From assembly GCA_963693365.1 (NCBI GenBank), contig CAVNZM010000009.1:3226231-3290230 (forward strand): a stretch of 64,000 nt of DNA, in the 5' to 3' direction. This DNA is from Amoebidium appalachense (Eukaryota; Protista; Ichthyosporea). Below the pieces are notes generated by a model. The model made no database searches, was not told where the DNA came from, and saw only the letters and a program-made list of their open reading frames with translations. A program made the position numbers and the translations under genes. Shown here one piece after another: positions 12,738 through 50,495 of this stretch (the first letter of the stretch is position 1; each line of letters begins with the position of its first letter).

Positions 12738-13577
12738 TCAGTATCTTGAATATCTCGACGGGGGTCTACCCCCCGAGCAGCCTGGGCCCCCCAGGCGGCA
12801 GTTTTGGCCGTAAGATGCACTCCCGCCTCCAAAAATGCTGCCTGCGGCTGAAGCAGCGCCGCTTACGGCATGCCATGCGTCCCCAGCATATTGCTCCACG
12901 TTGTTCTTCACAGTGTGGTAGGCGCCACTGGCGCCCCCTGCCGCATCCCCATAGAGATTTCCCGAACCGGTCGCCACCGTGTTGTAGCCGCTAGTGACCT
13001 CCCCTGACGCTTTGTCGTAGGCCGAGGTCACGGCGTCACCAATGGAGTCCCAAAAACTGCGTGTGCTGCGTGAGTGCACATAGTTGGCATCGTGATCTTC
13101 TTCGCTCCCGGGCAGTTGCCAAGAGTGAGGGATATGATCCTCTTCGCCAAAGAGGTCCCCAAAGGTGGTGTCACGTGCGTTGCGTGAGTGCACAGATGTG
13201 CCTTCGGTATCCTCATCTATCACCCACATGTCTGGGTCAAATACTGCCGGGCCATGGCTGTAGATGTGTAGGGGGACTGCGTACGTGTTGGGATCTTCAG
13301 AGGGGTCAGAAATGGGGTCGGTGCTGTCGCGTGCTTTGAGCACGTGTGCGGGTTTCTTGGACGCATGTTCAAAGGCAGGGAACGAGGGGGCACGCATGGT
13401 GATGGCGTGCATCTCTGCCTCACAGCCACGCGTGCAGGCAGACACTGCGGATGGGCCCGTGTGTGCCACTGCAGACCGGCAAGAAGTGACGCAATCAAAA
13501 GGTGTGGTGGTGGGAAGGCTGGCTGCAGAGGCGCAGAGAGCCAGGCAGGCGGAGAGGAGATAGGTGAGCGGTGCCAT
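12738..13577 (-). CDS. Intronless secreted protein, prepropeptide-like (279 aa)
   Basis: Non-repetitive ORF with signal peptide MAPLTYLLSACLALCASA, a 4-Cys N-terminal module, acidic spacers, repeated VHSRxxR sites and an upstream TATA box. Confidence 0.85.
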   Translation of the reverse strand: MAPLTYLLSACLALCASAASLPTTTPFDCVTSCRSAVAHTGPSAVSACTRGCEAEMHAITMRAPSFPAFEHASKKPAHVLKARDSTDPISDPSEDPNTYAVPLHIYSHGPAVFDPDMWVIDEDTEGTSVHSRNARDTTFGDLFGEEDHIPHSWQLPGSEEDHDANYVHSRSTRSFWDSIGDAVTSAYDKASGEVTSGYNTVATGSGNLYGDAAGGASGAYHTVKNNVEQYAGDAWHAVSGAASAAGSIFGGGSASYGQNCRLGGPGCSGGRPPSRYSRY

Positions 13578-13728
13578 TGTACCAAGAACAGTACACAAAC
13601 GTGACGATTAACAGATGGAGTTAGTCAGTCCGTTCGGTATCAAGAGAGCGAGGGTTGTGTAGTTTGTCTGCAGCTTCTTAGAACAAAATCCTGTCGCTAG
13701 TCTGCTGGTAATTGAGATACTTCGTGGG

Positions 13729-13802
13729 TTTTATAGGAGCTCCGTGAGGCTCCGTGACGCCGTCGCCGGTAAGCAGATCTGCCGTCGCCGGTGAGCAGAT
13801 CT
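13729..13802 (-). promoter_or_regulatory. TATA box and tandem 22-bp upstream element of the secreted-protein gene
   Basis: CTATAAAA on - at 13729-13736, about 150 bp before the ATG. GCCGTCGCCGGTRAGCAGATCT twice at 13759-13802, with CCAAT/ATTGG motifs nearby. Confidence 0.55.
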
Positions 13803-14179
13803 CAGAGAAAGTTCTGATTGGCAAGTTACAACCAATGACTACAAACTAGTAGATTGCGACAAGATCGATGGAATGCAGATCTGATGATGATCTAGATGAG
13901 GCGCGGTGATTGGTGGACTGCTGGTGCAATCAGATTACGCGGACAGTACGAAATGCACGTCGTTGATGTTGTCAAGATGCCGATGTAGATGATAGCAGCG
14001 CGTAGTGGCCCCAGTTAGCGTACGCGTGCAGCCCTGATCCACACCCTCGGTTTCATCATAGCGTGCCCCCCCCCCCCCCCCCCCCCCCCGCCGCCACTTC
14101 CCTCCTCTCTCCCTCTCCCCGTCCCTCTCCCCCGGGCCCCTCTCTAGCTTTAGATCTCTCTCTCTCTACCACACACACG

Positions 14180-14433
<254 letters not shown>

Positions 14434-15017
14434 TACGTAATTGCAATACAGCCAAAGTTCTACCGTTGTGTGTTCCACGGTTGTGTGCGGGGGTTGGTTT
14501 TGTATTTCCTATGTGGGTGTCACAACACCCCTTGCCATACTATACACACACACACATCTCTCTCTCTCTCCTCTTCCCCCCCCCCCCCTTCCCCCCTCTC
14601 TCTCCCCCTCCCTCCCTCTCCCTCTCTCCCTATCCACCCCTCTCCCTCTCTCCCTCCTCATCTCCCCCCCCCCCCCCCCCCCCCGCCCTCCACCCCCGAA
14701 CCCCCCTCCGCTCTTCCATCCATCTCCTCTCCCACTCCTCGAACCCAAAGGGATACAGTATACAGTAATTATAGAAGTTACCGTAGCCGGTTATAAATGA
14801 TTCTGCGTTTTGCTGAATAATTCTGCTAAAAGCGAATTGATTCTGCTAAGGGCAGAGTGGCCCTGCTCAAAGCAGAACAATTCTGCTTTTTGCAGAATAA
14901 TTCCGTTCGAAAGCGTGTGCGATAGAGCCCAAAATTGCACACGATCGATTTGTGTGGTTGCCGTGTTTGTTTTGACTAAACGTTTTCTCGCATTTTCTTC
15001 TTTTTGGTTGAAAAATG

Positions 15018-15124
15018 TTTCCTTTGAATAGAGGTTTTTAAATTCGAAGTTTACGTTGGGTCATAAATCGGGTTGGTTTTTGGTCATGTAGCGCACGCAC
15101 CACACACACACACCGTCACACACA

Positions 15125-15196
<72 letters not shown>

Positions 15197-15672
15197 AAAA
15201 CACACACCCACACGTGTGCACGCGCGCACGCGCACACACATACACACTGTGACTGGCTACACAGACACAAACATTTACTGTATTAACCACCACCTGACAA
15301 ATGCCATGCCAGAGACATGTGCCCCCCCCCCCCCCCCCCCCCCCCCCGGCCTCTAGTCTACCCCCACTTGCACGCACACCTTCCACCCCCCCCCCCCCCC
15401 CCCATCCCTTCCCCTGGGGGCCCTTCCCCACTTCCCGCACATGCACGCACACCTTCCAACACCAACCCCCCCCCCCCCCCCCCCCGAGAATCTGATTGGG
15501 GGGGGGGGGGTCATGACATATGTGCGGTGGATGCCGTGCACTCAGCCTGCATAACACCCATTTTCTTTCCGCCTGTAAGCTGTCAAAGAGTGGGCAGGCT
15601 AATATTTGCATGTGTATGGCGACACACATGCATGTAGTATGTAAATTTTCAAAAACTTGGATGCGGACTCCG
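15018..15672. repeat. Dispersed microsatellite-bearing repeat, copy B
   Basis: Matches 1-663. Preceded (14790-14910) by clustered TTCTGC/GCAGAA motifs that may be subterminal repeats of the same element. Confidence 0.85.
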
Positions 15673-17177
15673 AAAGTTTTTGGTTGGGGGGGGGGGGGGG
15701 TTGAATGCATAAAATTATAACATGGGGGCTGTGTAAGGCTCCCCCCACCACCACCTCTTCCTCCCCTCTTCCTCTCGTCCAAATCATGTACATATACATG
15801 CACCGCACTTGTACTTTACACTCTGCACACGTACCCATATGCACGCACGCACGCATGCGCACACCCATATACAAAAACATGCACACACACATGAAAACGT
15901 GTATTCTTACACATACCAGCAAAAAAAAAAAGGTCACGCCGGGACTATCTCTTTAATGATTATCCGTTGTGATCACCGTGCTCTCTCATGCATATGCATT
16001 CCCTCCCTCTCCCCCCCCCCCCCCCCCCCCCCCCTTCCCTTCTCCATCCCCCCATCCCCCCAACCAAGTATTCCATCCATCCTTCCATCTCCTATTCCAA
16101 TCTGCGAAACCCAATTGAAATGTATTACACACAATACAGGTTTATACCACTACTACTCAATACCTCGAGGAGTACCCCTCTTTTTTTTTTTTTTTTTTAA
16201 ATCCGTTTCACTCCAAGCGAGGCACTGCCTCAGGGGAGCTCACCGCCTTCCGCCTAGACACAGGACGTACTGTATAGCACACCTATAGGTCAGGATTCTA
16301 AATCGACCCCAACTGGCACTATTTTTAGTTACGCCTTTATCCCATGGTTTTAGCCGCAGCAACGCTTGTGGGAAGTGAGCACAGCTCACTTTAACAACAC
16401 CAGCCGGGAGCGACCCGGGACACATACACAAACACAAAGACTTGAAAGGGGAAACCCCATGCCCAGGACGCTGACCCGAACCGTGCCCGGTGACTCGGAT
16501 TGGTCTCCCACTAAAGCTTGAACGTTGGGCAGGGGTGAGAACCCAAGCGGCACACCGTCGACGTCAGAGGGCCAGTGCTGTTCATGACGTCATGTCTTGC
16601 GGCCGGATGATAACAAATTACACGGTGCTGCTTGACGTGGTCTCGGGTGATGGCTTCTATAGGGGGCGGCCAGACCGGTGAACCGTCGAGGCAGACAAAA
16701 ATCGGAAGTAACCAGGATCGATCCTGCGCCATTGAGCTTGACACTCAGAGATCTTACCATTGCATCAACCCGCCCCCCCGTACCCCTTTGTATCTCTGGT
16801 GCTTTATAGCAAGCAAAGTTTAACCCTGATATATAATCATCACCCGACATCTATTTACCTGATCATGATATACCACTGGGGGGATATTCCGAGCAAAAAC
16901 CCCCATAACTGAGATTCGTCTCTCTTTGCCTCGAGTAAACAGCGTAAACCCCATAAATATTTCTCTCTAGATCTGTTCAATCCCCCCCTCCCCCCCCCCC
17001 CCCCCCCCCCCCCAACACACGCACACACATACGTATCACGGTATTCATGTCACACATACCGTCAAATCAGTTAATCGAACTGCAATGCCAAGCCCATAAG
17101 TGAATGCAGGAGTAGACACCAGCTTCCTGTTTGTGGAGCTAATCATATGGACATACCTCCTCCCCCCCCCCCCCCAA

Positions 17178-17321
<144 letters not shown>

Positions 17322-17596
17322 CATATTTTGTTGTTCCCACTTTATGTTCATCTCTCTCCTTCGTTCCTCCCTCTCACTCCCTCTCTCTCTTTGCCCCTCA
17401 TCCCCTCCGTCGTACTTCCCCCTCTCTCCCCCCCCCTTCCCCACCCCCACTCCTCACTCTGTTTTTCTCTCCTCTTACGACGGAGGGGAGTGAGGTTTAA
17501 GGGAAGGGGGGGGGGGGGAGAGGGGGGGGCGGGGGGAGGGGGGGGGGGGAGGGGGGAGAGAGGGGGGCGGGGAGTGGGGGAGGGGGCGCTTGGGGG

Positions 17597-17822
17597 AATC
17601 GTGTGCACACCGGGTGCGAGCATGTAACTGAAAACAAATGAGAGATTTATTGATAGATAGCAATATAACCGAGCAGAAGGATACGGAGGGTATGGCCCTG
17701 GGACATGTATGTATATGAATAGAAATAATCAAACACTAGCACCGTGGAATTCAATATTGAATTTGCACATAACAAATAAGGCTTGTGTACAGGATACACA
17801 TATTGTCATCTAGCACCGTGTG
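17597..17822. repeat. Dispersed repeat (copy 2 of 2)
   Basis: Matches 12378-12605. Confidence 0.75.
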
Positions 17823-17902
17823 TTTCTAGAGACATCTCTCGGCTCTATTTACCCCCCCCCCCCCCCCCCCCCCCCCACACACACACACCTACCACCACCA
17901 CC

Positions 17903-17967
<65 letters not shown>

Positions 17968-19695
17968 AAACACACACACACGCACAAAACAAGAAAAAAC
18001 ATTCGAAAAGAAAAAAGGAAAAAACTTCTGGGAAAAAAAAAACACACCGTTTAGCACACAATCTGCAGTACCATGCATATGTGCGCTGAGTTAGCTTTCT
18101 TAGGAAGCTGATCTTACATTTATTGAGCCCCCCCCCCCCCCCCCCCCCCCTCTCTTTCACTTTCCATCCATCTCCACACAATGTTTACTTGAGCCTCACT
18201 GATAACGGAGTAAGAGTTATAACAACATGAGGAGAGGGGGGGGGGGGGGGGGTTTGGGAGGGAGGATGTTGGGAGCTGCGGGGGAGGGGCACGGTGTTCC
18301 TTGGTTAGGCCGGGTGTGGTCCACTGGTCCTATGTAGCTGGAATAGGATATGTATATGTAGTAGCTATAGCTAGGGCTGTTGTGTGCGTGTTTGTCCGCT
18401 TCACGTACAGGCAAGCTTGGTTGGTGGATTCCTAGGGCGTTTGATCCTGTTGCTATTCTGCTAGTGATGATGAGACTTTGTGTCTTTTATACCGTTTTAA
18501 GTGGTGATGATACCCGTTTCGATTGGCATCTTGGGCTGGCAACACCCAATCACAACAACAGCGTAAAATACCTGCTAGATCCATGGAATTTTGTCAGTAT
18601 TTTAGTGATCGGTGATCTGGATGCGGCTGCTGGTGATTGGCGGGCTGTTGGCACAATCAGATCATGACGGACGGGACGGACCATCAGAATACTCACGGTG
18701 CCAGTTTCGTTGAATATGCATGCAAGATGCATATGCCCATCTGGTGCCATCGGTAACACAGATATCGATACATACCGTAGTACTAGTGAGTAGTGACCCC
18801 TGTATGTTAGCATGCAGTCCTAAGGTCGACACAGGCCCCCAATTTATCACCAAAACAATAGATAGCATCTATTGCGTGCACGCACAAATGTACGTGCACG
18901 CACGCGTACGTCCGCCGTGACACCGTGACGCACACATGACACACACGCACGCGGCGTAAGAACGCACCCGGTGGCACGCACCCCTTACGAACTACGGTTC
19001 GCCCACACACAAAAAAAGGCGTACATAGGTGCATATGTACGCGGGTAGCAGTAGACCATAGCCAGTATTTGCGCTGGTTCAAAACGCGTACGGTTGCAAT
19101 GCGCAGTGGCATACCGATATGTACACATATATATGGGGGGTTTACGCTGTTTACTCGAGGCAAAGAGAGACCAGTCTCAGATATACATATGCGTGTACAT
19201 GTACATGATACACGTGCTTTCCTTAGAGCTATCGAAATCTGCGCTTGCAGGTACTACTGAATTCGAATTATTATCAGTGTGTTCGTAGCTATAATAGGTA
19301 TACGTACGTATGCGTGCTTATGCACGCGCGCACGTGCATGCGTGCGCGTGTGTGTGCGTGTTCATTGATATCGTGTGGTGTGTGTGTACACGTGTGCGTA
19401 TGTGCGCACGCGCTTTTGCGTGCGCGCGCGTGTATGCACGCGCCCGCGTGTGTGTACATGTATGTGTGTGTGCACGCGCGCGTACGTACATGTGCATGCA
19501 TATATGTGCGCGCGCGCGTGTGTACACGTGTGTGTGTGTGCCTCTCTCTCTATGTGTGTGTGTGTATTAGATGTGTGTGCACGTGTGTCTGCGTGTGTGT
19601 GTGTGTATACACATGTGCGTGTGTGTATGTGTATATTTGTGTGTGTGTGCGTGTGTGCGTGTGCGTGTGTGTGTGTGCGTGTGTGTGTGTCTGTC

Positions 19696-19769
<74 letters not shown>

Positions 19770-20007
19770 GTGTGTGTGTGTGTGTGCGAGTGTTTATGTG
19801 TGTGTGTTTTTTTGTGTGTGTTTGTGTGTGGCTTTTTCCGGGGGGGGAGGGCCTTGCCTCGAATCACGTACACGGTGGGAAATTTGGCGCCCAGAAATAA
19901 GGAAGCCAATCAAATTGCAAATTATCCTCTCCCTTAGCGCCAATCAGATGTGGACGATCGCAAAAGATAAGAGCAAGTTGTCAAGCAGCTATCAAGGCCT
20001 CCTTATA

Positions 20008-20610
20008 CACTAGTTCGGATGGCCATGTAAAAATTTCAATAGCTTTGCTTCGCTCCCATCGGAACGATGGCGTATGAAGGGCTGGGGGAAGGTCTAATCA
20101 TATACCAAATGATTTAGGTGATCAAAGTTAAAAAAAATGAATAGAAAACAGGTTTTAGCCAACTAATAAATATTTTTATAAATAACACGACACACATTAT
20201 TGTATAAGCAACATGGGGTGTCCGCCGCTTATTTTATGGTGAAAACTAGAAAAAATACGATTTTGTCATAGACCATTGTGTACAGATTAACCGCGGCCCT
20301 GACGATCGGAGGCTTAGGATGACGGGTTTTTCCCGATTTTGACATTGAAGGAAGCGTCGGACATCCCTAAAACACCATTAGTATGCGGTTTTTCATTTCC
20401 GACAACTTTTATTAATGAAACACAACCTGTTTTCTAAGTAAAAACGAGTAAAACATGACATCAGAGCGTCACGATAGATTTGCACACTTGCCCGGGCCAG
20501 CCCTTACCCTAGCCCTTTCGGAAAGTGAGGCCAATCAGATGATCCGAATCTTTGAGGCAAGCCATATAAGGTTTACGCATACGAATTCCAATGGGAATTC
20601 CGAACTAGTG
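20008..20610. mobile_element. MITE with TA target-site duplication (Tc1/mariner-type ends)
   Basis: TA|CACTAGTTCGGA ... TCCGAACTAGTG|TA, with an AT-rich 603-bp interior and no transposase. Confidence 0.8.
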
Positions 20611-20889
20611 TATCACCCGGAGGCCTTGGCAGCTATCCGCCGGCAAGTGAACAAGGAGTAGACGATGGTCGAGGAGCTCGAGGTGAGTAGTGGCTCGCTC
20701 ACCGACAGGCCAGAATCATCTAGGGTCTAGGTACAGTGATTAGTGGCAAGCATCCTGCGTGGGGGTGTCATATCTAAAGCATAAGGACCACAAATGTGCT
20801 GAAATATGCCCAGACAGACATCCGTGATTCGTCGTAGCTAGCAGAATTTCTCTTTGTCAAGCCCGTTGCAAACAGGAAACAACGGCAAC

Positions 20890-44840
<23,951 letters not shown>

Positions 44841-45180
44841 TGTGCGGACTGGGGGAGCGGAAATGAGGCGGGGAATAGACGCACACATCACGGAGGCTCC
44901 CCCTGCTGTATGCACCCCCCGCCCCCCCCTCCCGCCCCGCCCAGCCCACCCACCAATCCCTCCCTCCCCACCCTTCCCTCCCTTGCCCCTTCCCCCCTGC
45001 CCTTTCCCCGTACCCCCTTACCGACACATTTCTTTGGCTGATGATGGGTTCTGATTATGATGCATACTCCTGTGTGTGTACATCTTTTACCAAAATCTGC
45101 ATGTGTTATCCATCGTGTTGTGTACTTTGTACTCTGTATCTATCCCCCCCCCCCCCCCCCCCCCCCCCAACACACGCACG

Positions 45181-45352
<172 letters not shown>

Positions 45353-45448
45353 CCGCCTCCCCGCCGCCCTCTCTCTCTCTTCCCCCCCTCCCCCTCCCCC
45401 CTCCTTCCCCCCGCCCCCTCCGTGTACTCCATACCGTGTGATGTTTTG

Positions 45449-45481
<33 letters not shown>

Positions 45482-46236
45482 ACCACCACCACCACCACCA
45501 CCACCACCACCACCACCACCCCACCACCACCACCACACACACACACACGCAAACACCTTTTGCTCATCTTGACTATGGGCTTTTTTGGTGTGAAGCCCTT
45601 GTGCCTGGTTCTGTTTTCCCGTCCTGCAACTCGTTTTTTTGGTTTTGTGTGTATACATCTCCCACTTTAAGCCACATCCCCCCCACCTCCCCACCCCCCC
45701 CCCCCCCCCCCCCCCCCCCCCTCTCCTTCCTTTCTTCGTGTGTGTGCGTGTGCGTGTGTGCACCCGCCATCCCGCGCCACTTTGTACACACATATGTAAG
45801 CAGATGCCCTCATGCTGATGGACACACTCTTTCCAAATTAGGAAACATCGACGCCCAAGAGGACACGGCGCAAGTCGTCGTATTTGGACCAAACGGCATC
45901 CTCCCGTCAGCGCATGAGAGCACCTCTTTCGTAAATGCAGATATAGACGAGATTTATGTTTTGGGAAGATTTCCCCCGGTTGATTTGAGTTGAAGGCAGG
46001 ATGTTTATTTATGCGGACTTTTGGGGGGGGGGGGGGGGGGGGGGGGGATTGGGGGTATGTAGGGTTGCGTTGCATTCGGTCAAATTTAGGAAAGGTAAGC
46101 GCTTGAGTTTCAATATCCTTGTTGTTAGACATGATACATGTTTTGAGTGGTGGTAATCTGTGATACATGTTTTGGGTGGCAGTGCGGTTTGTGTGTTTGT
46201 GTTTGTATTTGTGTGTGTGTGTGTGTGTGTGTGTTT

Positions 46237-46287
<51 letters not shown>

Positions 46288-47034
46288 ATATGGAAAGCAG
46301 GTTACATAATAGTTGAACTACGGAGCTCAAGCTCGACATAACCAAAGCGAAGACAGGTGTGCTCTCGCTCATTTCCCGGAGTCAGGTGACTTCTGGCCAA
46401 TCAGCATAGGTTTTATAAATGTTTTGAAAAATAAAAGTTGAATTAACCAATAAAGGGCTGCCCACAGTCCATGAGCACTGATGTGGTATGCTTGATAACT
46501 GTGCATAATTTCGGACAGATCACTTACAGGCCTAGATGAGGTGTGATACCGTACCTGAGTAACCTCTAGCTTATCTGCATTTTTGGCTATAAAATGGTAT
46601 GATATACTAATAAAACGATAATCTACTTTATTATGACCAAGTATGACGTGTATCATTACAGTTGAATCGTGCATCTTGCAGCAGGCACCGGCAGATTGTC
46701 TGTAGCTACCCCAGACCCCTCCTTCTCCAACACACACACACACGCGCGTGCGCGTGCGCGCACGCGCGCACACACGCACACGCACACGCATCAGGCATTC
46801 ATGATCTCTCGAAGATTTAATACCCGTTCCAAACAATCCATTTTCAAAGGTTAGGTGTTTCATAGACTGCCGCTTTTTAGCGCCTTCCCTCCCTCATTCC
46901 CCGGTGACCGGCCTTTGCCCCACCTTTTCTCCCTCAGATATCTCAGAGTTAAGCTTGGAGCACGTACACTGCCTATGGACATGTATAGGGTTGGTTTTAA
47001 TAATGTGACCACCACACCCTCCCTTCCCCCGGCC

Positions 47035-47068
<34 letters not shown>

Positions 47069-47189
47069 ACCACCACTTTACTTCCATGCAACCGGGCATG
47101 GTTGCCCTGTGTCGTGCATCTGTAAGCACATACGCATTTTTCGCTGCACTGCATTAGTTTGCACACACATCTTCACCGTTTTGCTCACC

Positions 47190-47470
47190 TTGCTTGCATA
47201 AGCAACCCTGCTCGTCTTTGATCAAGACGGGTTGACCCGCCCAAGTTCAGTTGATGCTGCTGTCTGAGTTGGAGCGTCGTATATACGCGGGCTAAGGGGT
47301 CGAAACTCAGACGCAATTGATGACTTGGGTCCTCCCTGAGGATGGGCTCTGCTTATGACGCATACTGTGCACATGGCTGATGTTGCATACTTGAATGTTT
47401 GGCTTTGCATGTGTCCTGCACCATGCTTCTCGTCGTGTGTGCGTACTTCGTACCGTGTTCCGCATTCAAA
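47190..47470 (+). mobile_element. Structured-RNA short dispersed element, long copy 2
   Basis: Same conserved blocks as copies 1 and 3. Its tail matches 27634-27769 and it ends CGCATTCAAA before poly-C. Confidence 0.8.
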
Positions 47471-47479
47471 CCCCCCCCT

Positions 47480-47510
<31 letters not shown>

Positions 47511-48590
47511 CACACACACACACACACACATGCACACACCCTCCGCCTAGGCCTCGCCCTCCTCTCCCCCTCCCACCTTTTCACACAACGCGTGCGCATG
47601 CTATTAGGAATTATTCTCTTCGAACTCGTGATTGCAGCTTCGAACTCAACCCGGTGTGTATGCTGTAAAAATCATTAGGAGATTGTATAGGCTGGGACCC
47701 TTGCAGCAGCTGTCCACAACGTACATATTCAATGTGACTGAGGCATGCATAGACGTATGCACCAATGATTGAGTGAATCGCAATGTTGCTGGAATATATG
47801 AAGCAAATGCGTGTAACTTTTGGAATTTGTGCGTGTGTGTGTCTCAGACTGCATATGTGTGTTGAAATTGCAACTGTTCAGTACAGTATGGCACTGAGCT
47901 GACGTTCATTACCCGAATATAACCAGTATGTGTGTTCGTCGTACGTACGTCTGTGCCGTATGTGTGTGCGTGTGTGTGTAGGTGTAATGTGTGTGTTTGT
48001 GTGTGTGTGTGCGCGCGCGCGCGTGTCACGGTGTTTATACATGCGTGCGCGCGAGTCTGTGTGTGTGCTAGTGGGTGTATCTCTGTGTGCACACGTGGAA
48101 AAGGGGAGGGGGGAGGTGGGCTGGCCGTTGAGAAACAAGATGACGAGGTGAGGGAAACCGTTAAAGTGCAGGACATGCACATCACTGAGACGTCCAAAGA
48201 ATTAACCATATAGACATGGCAAATTTACGAAGGTCCAAAACCGAGACACCTTCGAAACCTCGCCAAGGAACCCAAACTCGTGAAGTGCCAAGATAAAACA
48301 CAATATTGGATATGTTGGGAGGTGTTGGGCTGGCGATAGTTGGATGCACAAGCTATATCTAAGTGGGAGGAAGCTTTGTGCCATGACAGACGAGTCTTCA
48401 GATCCTTGCGTTAGGAAAGTTAATGAGTGCCGGTCCAGCCGGCATGCACATATAATAGTTTATTGTACTATTCTGATTGCCACTCAAACATTCGTGATTT
48501 TTGTTCATTTCCTATTTTATCTACTATCGTATCATACATCGTGCTTTCATTCAGTGCCCAAGTGCTCCCTCCCTTTCTTCACCCCCCCCC

Positions 48591-48621
<31 letters not shown>

Positions 48622-49071
48622 AAACACACACACAACCACCACCAAACAGACAAATAAAATCAGAAAATAAACTGGTCTAAATGTGCAACATCTATATTCG
48701 GCAGGTTACCACCATTCGAGACATCAAAAACTATGATACGGTCTGCTGTTTGGAATATGTCTCCAAACAGTTAGTTGCTGCAGCGTAATATATATTCACA
48801 TAGGAAATTTAAATATTCTCAAATTCACCACATACTCATTAGACTCTTCACCAAATAACACTATAACGTCGCGTACTTATACATCCTCATTCGGCACCAT
48901 CACATACACACAATTATACATACACATGATACCGGGCCTGCGCAACAACTACCACATACAACCAATCAACCACACGTCTCTCATCATTCTCACAAGCCAC
49001 ATTTGGTTCATATTTCACACCCAAATCTCCCCAAACCCTCCCAATTTTCACATCGTATCTCACAAATATCT

Positions 49072-49450
49072 TCAATTCGGCACCATCTGTTCATCAGAAC
49101 GCGCCGCCCTTTGCAACCGCGACGCCCGCACGAATCCAAACCGGTTTATGGGCTGGCGGAGGGACAAGATACGGGCCGCCTCGCTTGCGACATATCGGGC
49201 CGTGGGCCTGTCTTCGGGCCGAACCGACAGCATGTACCTGAGCATACGCCTTAGGTCACGTGACAGGGTGGCCGGGAAGGAGATGATGCCCCCTTTGAGC
49301 CGGCCCAATAGGTTGTCGTCATCACCAAGGGGGCAGTTGCCTGGGCAGGAGGGAAGGTTAGGATGCGGTGGGAAGCGCAAAGTACAGACTCACAACGGAT
49401 AGCCTGATGCACACACGAATGCATGCAAACAGAACAAATCAACCCGGAAG

Positions 49451-49492
<42 letters not shown>

Positions 49493-49539
49493 TTGCATCT
49501 GTGTGCGTGTGTGCATGCATGGAGCGGGTGGCAGCGGGG

Positions 49540-49583
<44 letters not shown>

Positions 49584-49970
49584 GGGGGGGGGAGGGGGAG
49601 GAATAGGGGGCGAAGAATGTGAGGGTGAGAAAGAAGGGACCGACGGGAGGGGTGAGTAAGCGTGAAGTACATGCTGTGCAATTATTTCCAACATAAAAAC
49701 ACAAACCTGGCCCCAGAGCAAAAGCATATATCCAGCACCCATCCCCCCCCTCCCCCCTCCCCCTCCCCCCCCCCCCCTATCCCCCCCCCACATACATAAC
49801 CACCACCAAACAACACCCCCCCTCACCTGCCCCCACGTGCACACACTTGCCACCCACAAACCCACAATGTCAGAAGGAAAAAGGAAAAGGATGTGAGAGT
49901 ACGAGTGCGAGTGTGTGTGTGTGTGTGTGTGTGGTCCAGCCACCCAAGAAGTAAGAAGAAGAACGGGGAG

Positions 49971-50025
<55 letters not shown>

Positions 50026-50464
50026 GTGTGTGTATGTTTGCGTGCATGTTTGTGTGTGTGGTGTGTGGTGTGTGTCTGTGTGCGTGTATATGTATGTGTG
50101 CGTGTGCATGTGTTCGTAAGAGACACAACATACCGACTGCTGCCGCATAAGCCACATATCCGAGGGCCCATATGTCTGTGGCCATGGGGCAGTATGTGCC
50201 GTGGGTCGATGCCTCCGGCGCACCGCAGGTGGCTGGCCCGACCCAACCCGATATCTTCCCGTTTGGCCCGAATCGTACTGCCGTATCAAACCTCACCAGA
50301 GTAGTGTTGTTTGTGCTGCAGAAAGGAAAGCACCAGGTTAGAGAGTGCTGTTTTGCTACTTACACTCATACTTTGTACATATACACACACACACCCTTCC
50401 ACACAAGCACACACACACCTTACTGGGTTCATCCCCTTCCCCCCCCCCCCCCTCCCCCTCTCCC

Positions 50465-50495
<31 letters not shown>

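Noticed and set aside
20455-20661. 68-aa ORF
   Set aside because: Crosses the MITE TIR boundary and shows no transposase motifs.
47235-47305. HDV-like ribozyme reading of the structured element (GGCUAA/GGUGAA before GGGUC resembles J4/2-P2)
   Set aside because: No P3/L3 (UCC-type) after the P2 5' strand, and the catalytic C would be U in two of three copies. The hammerhead register fits better.
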